This document shows positions 38,344-48,435 of a stretch of DNA of 64,000 bases, in pieces (within the stretch, counting starts at the first letter, position 1; every line of letters starts with the position of its first letter). The notes below the pieces were generated by a model. That model was not told the origin of the DNA and did no database searches. It saw only the letters and a program-made list of their open reading frames with translations. Source of the stretch: a bacterium (GTDB lineage: Bacteria > UBA10199 > 2-02-FULL-44-16 > JAAZCA01); contig CAXXGI010000003.1 in assembly GCA_963674695.2 (NCBI GenBank), forward strand, positions 416,001 through 480,000, read 5' to 3'. Position numbers and translations under genes: made by a program.

Positions 38344-39039
38344 ATGGCACACGACAAAATCGAGAAGAGTTGTGAGGAGGCGGTGGCCGACATTGGCGAC
38401 GGCGCCTCCGTCATGGTCGGCGGATTCTCCGGGCGCGGCACGCCCTCGAACCTCCTGCTCGCTCTTCGTGCGCGCGGCCTCAAAGACCTCATTATCATTC
38501 GAAACGACGCCAGCGGCGGGTGGAAGAACCCGATCGATATCGATATTCTGCTCGAGGCGGGTCAGGTGAAGAAGGTGGTCACCTGCTTCGCCGTCTTCGG
38601 CAGTCCCAAGAAGATCAGTGCCCTGGAGCAGGCCGTCCTCGATGGCAGGACCGAGCTCGAACTCGTGCCGCAGGGGACGCTCGCCGAGCGTATCCGTGCA
38701 GGCGGTGCCGGCATCGGTGCGTTCTACACGCCGGTCGGCGTGGGTACGCTCGCCGCCGAGGGAAAAGAGGTGCGTGACATCGGCGGTCGCGAGATGCTCT
38801 TGGAACACGCACTCACGGCCGATTTTTCCCTCATCAAGGCTCATCGCTCGGATCGCATCGGCAATCTCGTCTATCGGAGGAGCACGTGCAATTTCAATCC
38901 GCACATGGCGATGGCCGCGAAGACGACCATTTGTGAGGCGGAGAACATCGTCGAAACGGGCGAGATCGATCCCGATCTGGTCATGACGCCCAGCATCTTC
39001 GTCCACCGCGTCGTGCACGTGCCCAGGAGCGCATCATGA
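38344..39039 (+). CDS. 3-oxoacid CoA-transferase subunit A
   Basis: VMVGGF, PQGTLAERIRAGGAGI, NFNP.MA. Confidence 0.93.
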   Translation: MAHDKIEKSCEEAVADIGDGASVMVGGFSGRGTPSNLLLALRARGLKDLIIIRNDASGGWKNPIDIDILLEAGQVKKVVTCFAVFGSPKKISALEQAVLDGRTELELVPQGTLAERIRAGGAGIGAFYTPVGVGTLAAEGKEVRDIGGREMLLEHALTADFSLIKAHRSDRIGNLVYRRSTCNFNPHMAMAAKTTICEAENIVETGEIDPDLVMTPSIFVHRVVHVPRSAS

Positions 39040-39698
39040 AGGAACCCCTTTCACGCGAAGCCATGGCCACCCGCGTCGGCATCGAACTCGAGGACGGTTT
39101 TTACGTCAATCTCGGCATCGGCATGCCCATGCTCGTGGCTGAGCACATCCTGCCGGGCCGTCGCGTCCTCTTTCAGGCCGAGAACGGTGTCTTGGGCGTG
39201 GGTCCCTATCCGTCCGAGGATGCCATCGATCCCGATCTGGGCAACGCGGGCGATCAGGACATCACGCTTGTTCCGGGTGCCTGCACCTTCGACAGCATCA
39301 TCTCGTTCGGCATGATCGTGGGCGGGCATCTCGACGTGACGGTCTTGGGCGCGTTCCAGGTTTCGGCGAAGGGGGATCTGGCCAACTGGAAGCTGCCGCA
39401 GCGCACGGTGGGGAGCTACGGCGGCGCGATGGATCTCGCGGTGGGCGCCAAGCGCGTGATCGCGCTGATGCAGCATGTGACGCGCGATGGCGATCCGCGC
39501 GTGGTGACCTCCTGTAGTTATCCGCTCACCGCACCGCAGTGTGTCTCCATGATCGTCACCGACCTGGCTGTGATCGACGTTCTTCCAGAAGGACTCCTGC
39601 TGCGCGAGGTGGCTCCGGGCTGGACGGCCGCCGAGGTTCAGGAGCGAACGGAGGCGCCGCTCATCGTCGATCGCGTGAAGGAGTGGAAGACGATATGA
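39036..39698 (+). CDS. 3-oxoacid CoA-transferase subunit B
   Basis: VNLGIGMP, AENG catalytic Glu, GGAMDL; ATGA overlap with subunit A. Confidence 0.93.
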   Translation: MKEPLSREAMATRVGIELEDGFYVNLGIGMPMLVAEHILPGRRVLFQAENGVLGVGPYPSEDAIDPDLGNAGDQDITLVPGACTFDSIISFGMIVGGHLDVTVLGAFQVSAKGDLANWKLPQRTVGSYGGAMDLAVGAKRVIALMQHVTRDGDPRVVTSCSYPLTAPQCVSMIVTDLAVIDVLPEGLLLREVAPGWTAAEVQERTEAPLIVDRVKEWKTI

Positions 39699-40459
39699 TC
39701 ATCAATATCATTCTCTTCATCATCATTATATTGATCTCCTTCGTCGTCGTGCGCATCGGCGCGATCGCCTTCGAGATCACGGGCATGGACTGGGATCAGG
39801 CGAAATTTCAGGCACTCTCCTGTTTTACCGGCACCGGCTTTACCACGCGCGAGGCGGAGATGGTCACCGTCGTTCCGCAGCGACGGCGGATCGCGACGTT
39901 TCTGATGATCTTGGGAAACGCTGGGTTCGTCACGTTGATCGCCGCGTTGGTCAATACCATGCGTCCGTCGACGTTCGTCGATGCCATCGAGATCCCCTTC
40001 ATCCATCGCCTCATTCCGGTGAGTTTGATGCCCTGGATCAAACTGGTTTTTTTGCTCCTGATGATCTTCGGCATCTACAAGCTCCTGACGAGCACGCGCC
40101 TGAGCCGTCGGATAACCATCATGTTGCGTGAGCGGATCATTCGTCGAAAAATCATCAAACCGACGACGCTTCAGGAGATGCTCGTCGGAACCGAGGGGTA
40201 TGGGGTCTCAACCATCGAGGTGGACACGAGAAGTCACATGCTCAACCAAAGCATTAAGGAATCAGATCTAAAGGAGCATGATATAATCATTCTTGCCGTC
40301 GAGCGTAAGGGGGCTATCATTCCAAACCCTGCGGCCGAGACGCGTATCCTGCTGCGCGACAAGCTCATCTGTTTTGGGAAGCTCGACAATATACGGAAGG
40401 AGGTCTATCCGGATATCTTGGAGAATGTCTCCGGTGAGGGGCCATCCACGTCATCATAG
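39695..40459 (+). CDS. Membrane protein with a K+-channel-like pore segment and TrkA-C domain
   Basis: AKFQALSCFTGTGFTTREAE; C-terminal ILAVERKG..IPNP....DKLICFG. Confidence 0.8.
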   Translation: MIINIILFIIIILISFVVVRIGAIAFEITGMDWDQAKFQALSCFTGTGFTTREAEMVTVVPQRRRIATFLMILGNAGFVTLIAALVNTMRPSTFVDAIEIPFIHRLIPVSLMPWIKLVFLLLMIFGIYKLLTSTRLSRRITIMLRERIIRRKIIKPTTLQEMLVGTEGYGVSTIEVDTRSHMLNQSIKESDLKEHDIIILAVERKGAIIPNPAAETRILLRDKLICFGKLDNIRKEVYPDILENVSGEGPSTSS

Positions 40460-40613
40460 AGCGGGGTGTTCGTGATCGAGGGTGAACGGATCCCCTGCTG
40501 ATGCCGTCAAATGGGGGTTTGGTGTGAAAAGGCCGTGAGAAGGCAAATAAATGCCTCCTTTTGGTCTTTTTTGCTTGAATGTGGTCAAGGCGTTCGTATA
40601 TACACCCCCTCCT

Positions 40614-41261
40614 ATGAAAAATACATCTCACTTCATCTTCGATCTCGATGGAACCGTCGTCAACCCCGGCACCGCTATTCCTCGTTGTATCAACTATGCG
40701 TTGCAGAAGCAGGGGGTAAAATCTGTTCCCATCGAGCGGCTCAAGCGCTACATCGGCTTCAACCTCGAGGGGATCTTCTCCGAGATCACCAAGCGGCGCG
40801 ACAAGCGTTTCCTCAAACAGTGCGTCGAGGCCTACCGCGAGCGCTTCCACAAAGAGGGGATCGCTGAGCATCGCCTCTATCCGGGTATCGTGGGTCTGCT
40901 CGAGGCCGCTGCCGATAAGGGGACGATGATCGTCGCCTCGATCAAGCCGAAGGTCTCCTGCGACATGGTTCTCGATCATCTCGGCATCAAGCCGATGTTC
41001 ACGTCGGTTTATGGCAGCGAGCTCTCGGGAAAATTGGCGAATAAGAACGATCTGATCAAGCATATCATGAAGACCGAGCGCATCCGGGCCGCGACCGTCA
41101 TCGGCGATCGGGGGCAGGATATCGAGGCCGCGAAGAAATGTTCCTGCACCACGATCGGTGTCTCCTATGGCTATGGCACGAAGGAAGAGCTCGTCAGTGC
41201 CGGTGCTGATTGTATCGCGGAGACGGTCGGCGAGCTGCGGCAGTATCTGATCACAACATGA
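40614..41261 (+). CDS. HAD-superfamily hydrolase (phosphoglycolate phosphatase/5'-nucleotidase-like)
   Basis: FDLDGT, IGDR..DI, YGYG..EEL..AGAD. Confidence 0.88.
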   Translation: MKNTSHFIFDLDGTVVNPGTAIPRCINYALQKQGVKSVPIERLKRYIGFNLEGIFSEITKRRDKRFLKQCVEAYRERFHKEGIAEHRLYPGIVGLLEAAADKGTMIVASIKPKVSCDMVLDHLGIKPMFTSVYGSELSGKLANKNDLIKHIMKTERIRAATVIGDRGQDIEAAKKCSCTTIGVSYGYGTKEELVSAGADCIAETVGELRQYLITT

Positions 41262-42067
41262 ACGCATGTGATTCTACAAAAGTGAATGCCCTCGAACGGC
41301 GCCTCCAGCAGATGGAGAGCGCCGTCGTTGCGTTTTCGGGCGGCGTCGATTCCTCCGTGCTGCTGGCGATGGCCGAAAGGGTTTTGCCCGGTCGTCTGCT
41401 CGCGGCGACGGCTTCGTCGGCGAGCTTTCCGATGGCCGATGGGGAGGCGGTGGTTCGTTTTTGCGTCGAGCGCGGCATTGAACATCGGTTTGTTCAGACG
41501 CATGAATTCGAGGATCCTTCATTTACGGCAAACCCGGCGGATCGTTGCTATCATTGTAAACGACACCTCTATGCGGCCTTTGTCGCCGAGGCCGATCGCA
41601 GGGGATATCGATATGTCATCGAGGGGACCAACGCCTCGGATTTGCTCGGCCATCGGCCGGGAAACCGGGCTTCGCGTGAAAATGAGCGAATCGCAACGCC
41701 GCTCATCGACGCGGGGCTCACCAAGGCCGATGTTCGTGTCCTTGCCCGCGAGCTGGGTTTGCCGACAGCGGATAAACCCGCGGCGGCCTGTTTGGCATCG
41801 CGCGTGCCGACCGGAGAGCCGATCACGGAAGCGCTGCTGCGTCGCATCGATTGCGCCGAAGATGTGGTTCGAAGCTGCGGCATACGCCAGGTGCGCGTGC
41901 GGCATCAGGGCGATACCGCTCGCATCGAGGTCGGTCGGGATGAGCTGGGCATCTGCATCGAGCGGTGCGCCGAGATCGTGGCGAAGGTGCGCGAAGAGGG
42001 GTGGCGGTATGTGACGTTGGATCTCGAGGGCTATCGTCCCTCGGAACCATACACGAGGAACGCATGA
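41258..42067 (+). CDS. larE: ATP-dependent sulfur insertase LarE
   Basis: AFSGGVDSS, N..DRCYHCK, DKP..ACLASR, VRVRH. Confidence 0.9.
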   Translation: MNACDSTKVNALERRLQQMESAVVAFSGGVDSSVLLAMAERVLPGRLLAATASSASFPMADGEAVVRFCVERGIEHRFVQTHEFEDPSFTANPADRCYHCKRHLYAAFVAEADRRGYRYVIEGTNASDLLGHRPGNRASRENERIATPLIDAGLTKADVRVLARELGLPTADKPAAACLASRVPTGEPITEALLRRIDCAEDVVRSCGIRQVRVRHQGDTARIEVGRDELGICIERCAEIVAKVREEGWRYVTLDLEGYRPSEPYTRNA

Positions 42068-42825
42068 ATCAGACGATGCTTCGACATCTGTTGGAAGCGG
42101 TGGCTCAGGGAGGCATTCGTCCCGATGAGGCGGTTGAGCGCCTGCGCGAGATGCCCTATGCGGATCTGGAGGTGGCGAAGTTCGACGGTCATCGGATGCT
42201 GCGCAATGGTTTTTCAGAGACGGTGCTCTGCGAGGGGAAGCGGCCCGAACATCTTGTGCAGATCATCGAAGGGGTCGTCGAGCGGGGCCACAACCTCCTC
42301 GGCACGCGATTGACCGAGCAGACCGTTCACCTGATCCGCGAAACATTTCCGCAGGCCGATGTCGATGAGGTCAGTCGCACCTTTTGTATCACCCCGCACA
42401 CGATCGAACCGGTGCACAAGGAGTTGGCGATCGTCTGTGCCGGGACCGCGGATATTCCGATCGCCGAAGAGGCGCGGCGCTGTGCGGCTTTCTTCGGCAT
42501 CGAAGGAACGCGCCACTACGATGTCGGCGTGGCGGGGTTGCATCGATTGCTCAATATTCTTCCCGATCTGCGCCGCGCCGATCTCCTCATCGTCGTTGCC
42601 GGCATGGAGGGGGCACTCCCCAGCGTCGTGGGCGGTCTCATCTCGGTGCCGATCATCGCCGTGCCGACGAGCATCGGATATGGGGCGGGGCAGGGCGGCA
42701 TCGCCGCATTGCTCGGCATGCTCTCGAGCTGTTCCGAAGGGATCACGGTCGTCAACATCGATAACGGCTTCGGTGCCGCCTGTGCGGCACGGCGCATCCT
42801 CTGCAACTGTAACGATCAGCGCTGA
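42064..42825 (+). CDS. larB: Nickel-pincer cofactor biosynthesis carboxylase LarB
   Basis: AGTAD, DVGVAGLHR, AGMEGALPSVV, VPTS.GYG, VVNIDNGFGAA. Confidence 0.93.
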   Translation: MNQTMLRHLLEAVAQGGIRPDEAVERLREMPYADLEVAKFDGHRMLRNGFSETVLCEGKRPEHLVQIIEGVVERGHNLLGTRLTEQTVHLIRETFPQADVDEVSRTFCITPHTIEPVHKELAIVCAGTADIPIAEEARRCAAFFGIEGTRHYDVGVAGLHRLLNILPDLRRADLLIVVAGMEGALPSVVGGLISVPIIAVPTSIGYGAGQGGIAALLGMLSSCSEGITVVNIDNGFGAACAARRILCNCNDQR

Positions 42826-42951
42826 TCGGTACGTTCTCATTATTCCTTTTTCCCCTTCAGATATGCGGTGATTGGGAGCGAATGTGATCGCTCTCAATCG
42901 CATCGTTGCCGCCGAAGTTATGTATAAGTACATATAATTTTTAAAAAAAGT

Positions 42952-42980
42952 TTGACGCAAACCTGCTAATTCATTATAAT
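42952..42980 (+). promoter_or_regulatory. Strong sigma-70 promoter with an AT-rich UP region
   Basis: TTGACG, 17 bp spacer, TATAAT; upstream ATAATTTTTAAAAAAA. Confidence 0.8.
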
Positions 42981-43038
42981 TTATCATGAAATTCAGAACC
43001 GCTTGAAAACAAACATTTTTTTCAACAAGGGGGAAATC

Positions 43039-43275
43039 ATGGTAAAGCGGAAAAAGAAAGTAGCGAAGAAGAAAAAGATCGTGAAGAAGAAAAAGATCGT
43101 GAAGAAGAAAAAGATCGTGAAGAAGAAAAAAGTAGCGAAGAAAAAAGTAGCGAAGAAAAAAGTAGCGAAGAAGAAAGTTGCAAAGAAAAAGGTAGCGAAG
43201 AAAAAAAAGAAAGTCGCCAAGAAGAAGGTCGTGCGTCGCAAGAAAAAGGCTCCGGCGAAGGCGAAGAAGAAATAA
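43039..43275 (+). CDS. Histone H1-like Lys-rich repeat protein (HctB/Hc2-like)
   Basis: 78 aa, 50 Lys/Arg, no acidic residues, KKKKIV and KKKVA repeats; own promoter and terminator. Confidence 0.85.
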   Translation: MVKRKKKVAKKKKIVKKKKIVKKKKIVKKKKVAKKKVAKKKVAKKKVAKKKVAKKKKKVAKKKVVRRKKKAPAKAKKK

Positions 43276-43296
43276 GAACGTGTCATATGCAGATGG

Positions 43297-43328
43297 AAGC
43301 GGGGGGCCACAAGCCCCCCGCTTTTTTT
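43297..43328 (+). terminator. Intrinsic terminator
   Basis: AAGCGGGGGGC-CACAA-GCCCCCCGC-T7. Confidence 0.9.
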
Positions 43329-43457
43329 GGTGTTTGTAATGAACCAGGCGGCTGTAGAACCCTCAGTGCGAACCAATTTCCCTTGTTCCCCTTGGGCAAA
43401 TATGGTACCCGCCACACACTTTTTCCGATCTCTTGAGGTCAGGATGGGAGGCGAGGC

Positions 43458-44009
43458 ATGTCACAGTATGTTCCGAGCAAGCTTTTTTTGACGAAGGGGG
43501 TAGGGCGCCACCGGGAGAAATTGCAGAGCTTTGAGATGGCTCTGCGGCAAGCGCGCATCGCCCAGTTCAACTTGGTGCGCGTTTCGAGTATTCTGCCTCC
43601 ACACTGCGAGATTCTCCAGCGCAGCGAAGGGGTGTCGCACCTTCGTCCCGGACAGGTCGTGCACTGTGTGATGTCCGATTGCGCGACCAACGAACCGAAT
43701 CGGTTGATGGCCGCCTCCGTTGGCCTCTCGGTTCCCAAGAACACCGAAAATCACGGGTATCTCTCCGAGCATCACGCCTTCGGCCAGAACGAGAAACAGG
43801 CTGGCGATTATGCCGAGGACCTTGCGGCCGAGATGCTGGCGACGATTCTTGGCGTTTCTTTCGATCCGGACAAGTCCTGGAACGAGCGCAAGGGGACCTG
43901 GGCGATCTCCGGCGACATCGTGCGGACGCAGAACGTGACGCAGTCAGCTGTCGGCGAGAAGAAGGGGTTGTGGACGACCGTCCTCGCCGGCGCGATTTTC
44001 ATCCCGTAG
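43458..44009 (+). CDS. pdaD: Pyruvoyl-dependent arginine decarboxylase
   Basis: SFE.ALR.A.I..FNLVRVSSILPP (Ser-Ser autocleavage site), GYLSEHH. Confidence 0.9.
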   Translation: MSQYVPSKLFLTKGVGRHREKLQSFEMALRQARIAQFNLVRVSSILPPHCEILQRSEGVSHLRPGQVVHCVMSDCATNEPNRLMAASVGLSVPKNTENHGYLSEHHAFGQNEKQAGDYAEDLAAEMLATILGVSFDPDKSWNERKGTWAISGDIVRTQNVTQSAVGEKKGLWTTVLAGAIFIP

Positions 44010-44030
44010 CACCCGAAAAGAGGGGGCTCG

Positions 44031-44906
44031 ATGCTCTCGACGACGCCGTTTCTCGGAATTCCTCAACAACCCGAAGACTATGACGCTGCGCGGATCATCG
44101 TGCTGCCGATTCCGTATGAAGCGACGGTGAGCTATGGTCGTGGAACGGCGCGCGGTCCGCAGGCGGTCATCGATGCTTCTGCACAGGTGGAGCTCTTCGA
44201 CCATGAGATCGATCGCGATGCGAGCGACATCGGCATCATCACCTTCGAAGCATTGCGCGTGGGTGGCCTCGTGCCGGATATGCTCTCGAAGCGCATCGGT
44301 TCGATCTTAGCCCCACTGCTCGACCAAGGAAAAGTGCCGCTGTCGATCGGGGGCGAACATTCCATCACCCCGGCGATCGTCGAACACGTACATGCGGCCA
44401 TTCCCGACATCACGGTCGTGCAGCTCGATGCCCATGCGGATCTGCGCCAGGAATATGAGGGAGAACGCATGAGCCATGCCTGTGCGATGGCTCGCGTGCG
44501 CGACATCTGCCCCGCCGTGCAGGTGGGCATTCGCTCCCTTTCGGAGGAGGAGTATCGGTGGATCGAGCGGGATCGTCTGCCGGTCTTCTTTGCGGATCGG
44601 ATGCAGGATGGTGATGGGTGGATGGATGAAGCCATCGCTGCCATTGGGACGGAGAAGATCTATCTCTCCATCGATGTCGATGCCTTCGATGCTTCGATTA
44701 TGCCGGCGACAGGAACGCCCGAGCCGGGCGGGATGAACTGGTATCAGGTGACAACATTTTTGAAGAAACTTCTGGCCCGCAAACGCGCGGTCGGCATCGA
44801 TCTGATGGAACTGGCTCCGGTGCCCGCACTGCATGCCTGCGATTTTCTCGTCGCAAAACTCGCCTACAAGTGCATCGGCTATTACGCTCAATCTCTTCGC
44901 GAATAA
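44031..44906 (+). CDS. speB: Agmatinase
   Basis: GGEHS, DAHAD, SIDVDAFD, TGTPEPGG. Confidence 0.92.
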   Translation: MLSTTPFLGIPQQPEDYDAARIIVLPIPYEATVSYGRGTARGPQAVIDASAQVELFDHEIDRDASDIGIITFEALRVGGLVPDMLSKRIGSILAPLLDQGKVPLSIGGEHSITPAIVEHVHAAIPDITVVQLDAHADLRQEYEGERMSHACAMARVRDICPAVQVGIRSLSEEEYRWIERDRLPVFFADRMQDGDGWMDEAIAAIGTEKIYLSIDVDAFDASIMPATGTPEPGGMNWYQVTTFLKKLLARKRAVGIDLMELAPVPALHACDFLVAKLAYKCIGYYAQSLRE

Positions 44907-44915
44907 TCCGTTCTT

Positions 44916-45107
44916 CTAATGCACGGATTGTCCGAGACGCTTGGAGAGCGAGCAGATCGCATCCTGCTGTTCGAGGAGGCGATTGGCCACATCGAACTCG
45001 AAACTCTCCAGGTTGATTCCGGTCTCGATGAGCAGATGGGCGAATTTCTCGCTATCCACGGTCTCATCGAGGACTTCCAGGCAAAGCGCCTTCAATGCGT
45101 GATCCAT
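44916..45107 (-). CDS. Small acidic hypothetical protein (63 aa)
   Basis: MDHALKALCLEVLDETVDSEKF...; GGGGGA RBS; AT-rich upstream region. Confidence 0.55.
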   Translation of the reverse strand: MDHALKALCLEVLDETVDSEKFAHLLIETGINLESFEFDVANRLLEQQDAICSLSKRLGQSVH

Positions 45108-45464
45108 AAATCCCCCCCTGATGGATCCGTTTCTCCTCCCCCCCATACACCCGCTGCTTTGCCGAACCAGCGGAACGAAGGAGAAACCGGCATTTGGAAT
45201 ACTCAAAGAACAAACAATGCATCATTTACATATAATTAATTATAACTGAGGCATATTTTAGTGTCTTATATGTGCAAGTCAAGGATATATATGTCACTTT
45301 AACGAAAAACTCGCAAATCATGGCTATGAATTATGATGCGAAGAGCGTGGATTTGCCCCAGAAGCGCTGTGGAACCGGTATTTCGCTTGAGCCATGCCGA
45401 TGTATCTGTTATCTCTTCGATATTATTGGTTTTTAGGGAGACCTTCGCGGAAGGAGTTCCACAG

Positions 45465-46955
45465 ATGCGTAAGGCAGGACTCATGATGATCATCATTCTG
45501 GCAACGATCGCCGCCAGCGCGGGCCGGGCATCGGCCTACGATCTCAAGAAGCATGTCGTGAGCTATACGTTGCCCAACGGGATGCGGTGGCTCTTCGTTC
45601 GCCGCACGCAGGCGCCGGTCTTCTCCGGCGTGGTCATGGTGCGCGTCGGCGGTATCGACGAGCAGCCGGGCAAGACGGGGCTCGCGCACATGTTCGAGCA
45701 TATGGCCTTCAAGGGATCGCAGCGGTTGGGGACGCGCGACTACGTTCAGGAGAAACCGATCCTCGATCGCATCGAGGTGGTGGGGCGTGAACTCACCGAT
45801 GAGGAACAGAAGAAGCGTCCCGATCGCAATCGGGTCAAAAAACTCAGCCGCGAACTGGCCGCTCTTCAGAAGGAGGCCTCACAGTTTCAAATTCGCAATG
45901 AGATCTGGGAGGTAATGAATCGCAACGGGGCGGCGGATCTCAATGCCTATACGAGCAAGGATGTGACGGCGTATTTTGCCAGCATGCCGATCAACCGCCT
46001 AGAGCTCTGGGCGCGCGTGACGGCAGAGATGGCCTTCGATCCGGCGATGCGCGAGTTCTATACGGAGCGCAGCGTGGTTGCCGAAGAGCGACGCACCGCC
46101 GTCGAGAATGATCCGAACGGGGCCCTTCAGGAGGAACTGTTGGCACTTGCCTTCGACGGTGGCCCCTACAGCATTTCGACTATCGGATATGAACGCGATG
46201 TGAACGGGCTCACCATCGAAGATGCGCGTGATTTTCACCAGCGCTATTACGTTCCCTCGAACATGATCGGCGTGCTCGTCGGCGATTTTTCCATCGGCAA
46301 GGCCAAGCGCATCGTGCGTCGTGTCTTCGGTCGATATGCCGCCAGGTCTCCCGAGCCGCTTCCGCATCTGATCGGCACGACGCAAGGGGGGCTTTCGAAA
46401 CGTTTTTCCTTCAACGCGCAGCCGGCGTTGGCACTGGCTTGGCACAAGCCGACGCTTCCGAACGCGACCGAGTATCCCTTCGACGTTATCACGGCACTGT
46501 TGTGCGACGGTCGCGCCAGCCGTTTGGAGCAGCGGCTCATCTATGACAAGCGCCTGGCCAAGGATATCTATTGCTCCGATGGCTATCCGGGCTCCAGGCT
46601 CGACAACCTCTTTGTCATCTGGATCGAGCCGCTGGGTGGAGTGACCCCCGCGCGCCTGTTTCGTGAGGTGAGCGCTGAGATCGCGCGGTTGCGGGACGAA
46701 CCGGTGGGGGAGGCGGAGCTCAATCGCGTTCGCAAGCAGGTGACGGCGGGGCTCGTCTTCGCGCTCGATGAGAACATGCAGTTGGCACAAGCGCTGGCGC
46801 GCTTCGAGACGACCTTCGGAGATTGGCAGATCCTGGCCGACTATCCGCGACGGATTGCGGCGGTGACGCCAGAAGAGGTGCAACGCGTCGCCAAAACCTA
46901 TCTCATCCCCTCCAACCGCATCGTGGTCGAACGGCTGAAAGGGAGGGCGCGATGA
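45465..46955 (+). CDS. M16 zinc peptidase, catalytic subunit
   Basis: GLAHMFEH (HxxEH), NAYTS.D.T.Y, ER.VV.EE. Confidence 0.92.
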   Translation: MRKAGLMMIIILATIAASAGRASAYDLKKHVVSYTLPNGMRWLFVRRTQAPVFSGVVMVRVGGIDEQPGKTGLAHMFEHMAFKGSQRLGTRDYVQEKPILDRIEVVGRELTDEEQKKRPDRNRVKKLSRELAALQKEASQFQIRNEIWEVMNRNGAADLNAYTSKDVTAYFASMPINRLELWARVTAEMAFDPAMREFYTERSVVAEERRTAVENDPNGALQEELLALAFDGGPYSISTIGYERDVNGLTIEDARDFHQRYYVPSNMIGVLVGDFSIGKAKRIVRRVFGRYAARSPEPLPHLIGTTQGGLSKRFSFNAQPALALAWHKPTLPNATEYPFDVITALLCDGRASRLEQRLIYDKRLAKDIYCSDGYPGSRLDNLFVIWIEPLGGVTPARLFREVSAEIARLRDEPVGEAELNRVRKQVTAGLVFALDENMQLAQALARFETTFGDWQILADYPRRIAAVTPEEVQRVAKTYLIPSNRIVVERLKGRAR

Positions 46956-48322
46956 GACGTCTGGGATCGATCCTTGTTTTCGTACTCCTGCTCGTGGCGA
47001 TGGCCTTCCGCGTCCATGCCGACGACTCCTTTCTCAAGGCCTATGAGCGACGTCCATTGCCATCGATCACGCCGCCGCATGTGCGTGTGGAAACGCTCGC
47101 AAACGGCATGCGTTTGTTTCTGCTCGAGGATAAAACCCTCCCGATCGTCAAGGTGCGCGTGATCACCCGCACCGGAAGGATCGCCGATCCTTCGCCGAAG
47201 GTGGGGCTGGCACAGCTCACCGGCATGGTGATGCGCAGCGGCGGGACGAAGTCGCTTTCGCCCGATGCCTTCGATACGGCGGTGGATGAGTTGGGGGCAA
47301 ACCTCTCCTCTTCCATTGGGCTGGATATGGGACAGGCCTCGCTCGAGGTCCTCTCCGACGACATGGCCGCGGGGCTCGATCTTCTCTTCGAAATGATTTT
47401 CCAACCACGATTTGATCCGGGACGAATGCGCGGGGCGCGCCTCAAGATCGAGGAGGCCCAAAGGCGCATCGAGGACGATCCGGGACAACTGGCGGCCGTG
47501 CGCTTTCGCGAGTTAGTCTATGGCACGCAGAGCCCCTGGGCGCGACGTCCGAATAGCGCGACGCTCAAGCGTATTCGTCGCGAGGATCTGAGGGCTTTTC
47601 ATGAGCGGTTCTATCGCACCGACAACATGATACTAGCGGCCGCTGGAAATTTCGATGCGGATGCCTTCATCGCGCTCATTCGCGAGCGCACGGCGGGGGC
47701 GCCAGGCGGAGCGGTGGTACAGCCCGAGATCACGCCGGTGGAACTCGTCTTCGAGGCCGAGACCGAGCGGATCGTGCGCTCGATCTCTCAGGGCTTCATT
47801 CGCATAGGCCATCTCGGGATCAAGCGGCATAATCCGGACAAGTTTGCACTCCTCATTGCGGTCGATATCCTCGGCGGTGGAGGATTCAAGAGTCGCCTCA
47901 TGGAGGATATTCGCACGAAACGGGGGCTGGCCTACAGCATCTTCAGCGCGCTTCATCCGGGAACCGATTATGGACTTTTCACGGTCGGTGTCACCACCAC
48001 CGCTGCTCAGATCGACAAGGTCGTGGGGCTGGTGCGTGAGCACATCGAGCGACTCACCGAGGAGAAGGTTTCCGACGAAGAACTCGCACTCGCCAAACAA
48101 TCGCAGCTGGCCAGCATGGTCTTTGCCTTCGACAGTGCCTTCAAGGTTGCCAATCATCAGGCGACCTATTTCTACTATGGCTATCCTGAGGATTACTGGA
48201 AGGTCTATCGGGACGAAATCGCCCGGGTGACTCGCCAGGATGTGTACCGGGTGGCGCGGAAGTATCTCCATCCGGATGGGCTCAAGAGCGTTATCGTCGG
48301 CCCCCGAGGAAAGGGACGATAG
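46952..48322 (+). CDS. M16 peptidase, non-catalytic partner
   Basis: M16 fold without HxxEH; SRL...IR.KRGLAY motif; ATGA overlap. Confidence 0.9.
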   Translation: MRRLGSILVFVLLLVAMAFRVHADDSFLKAYERRPLPSITPPHVRVETLANGMRLFLLEDKTLPIVKVRVITRTGRIADPSPKVGLAQLTGMVMRSGGTKSLSPDAFDTAVDELGANLSSSIGLDMGQASLEVLSDDMAAGLDLLFEMIFQPRFDPGRMRGARLKIEEAQRRIEDDPGQLAAVRFRELVYGTQSPWARRPNSATLKRIRREDLRAFHERFYRTDNMILAAAGNFDADAFIALIRERTAGAPGGAVVQPEITPVELVFEAETERIVRSISQGFIRIGHLGIKRHNPDKFALLIAVDILGGGGFKSRLMEDIRTKRGLAYSIFSALHPGTDYGLFTVGVTTTAAQIDKVVGLVREHIERLTEEKVSDEELALAKQSQLASMVFAFDSAFKVANHQATYFYYGYPEDYWKVYRDEIARVTRQDVYRVARKYLHPDGLKSVIVGPRGKGR

Positions 48323-48435
48323 GGGACGAGGAATGCTTGATTTTCCTCGAAAGGTCAGGCAGTTGGAGGGTGATCCTTGTATGTCATTCAAGGAATACAT
48401 TAAAAGTGTTTGATGTGAGAGGGTGAAGGAGAACG

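Noticed and set aside
42993-43415. Phe-rich minus-strand membrane ORF
   Set aside because: It is the reverse complement of the Lys-codon-rich H1-like gene; promoter, RBS and terminator support the plus strand.
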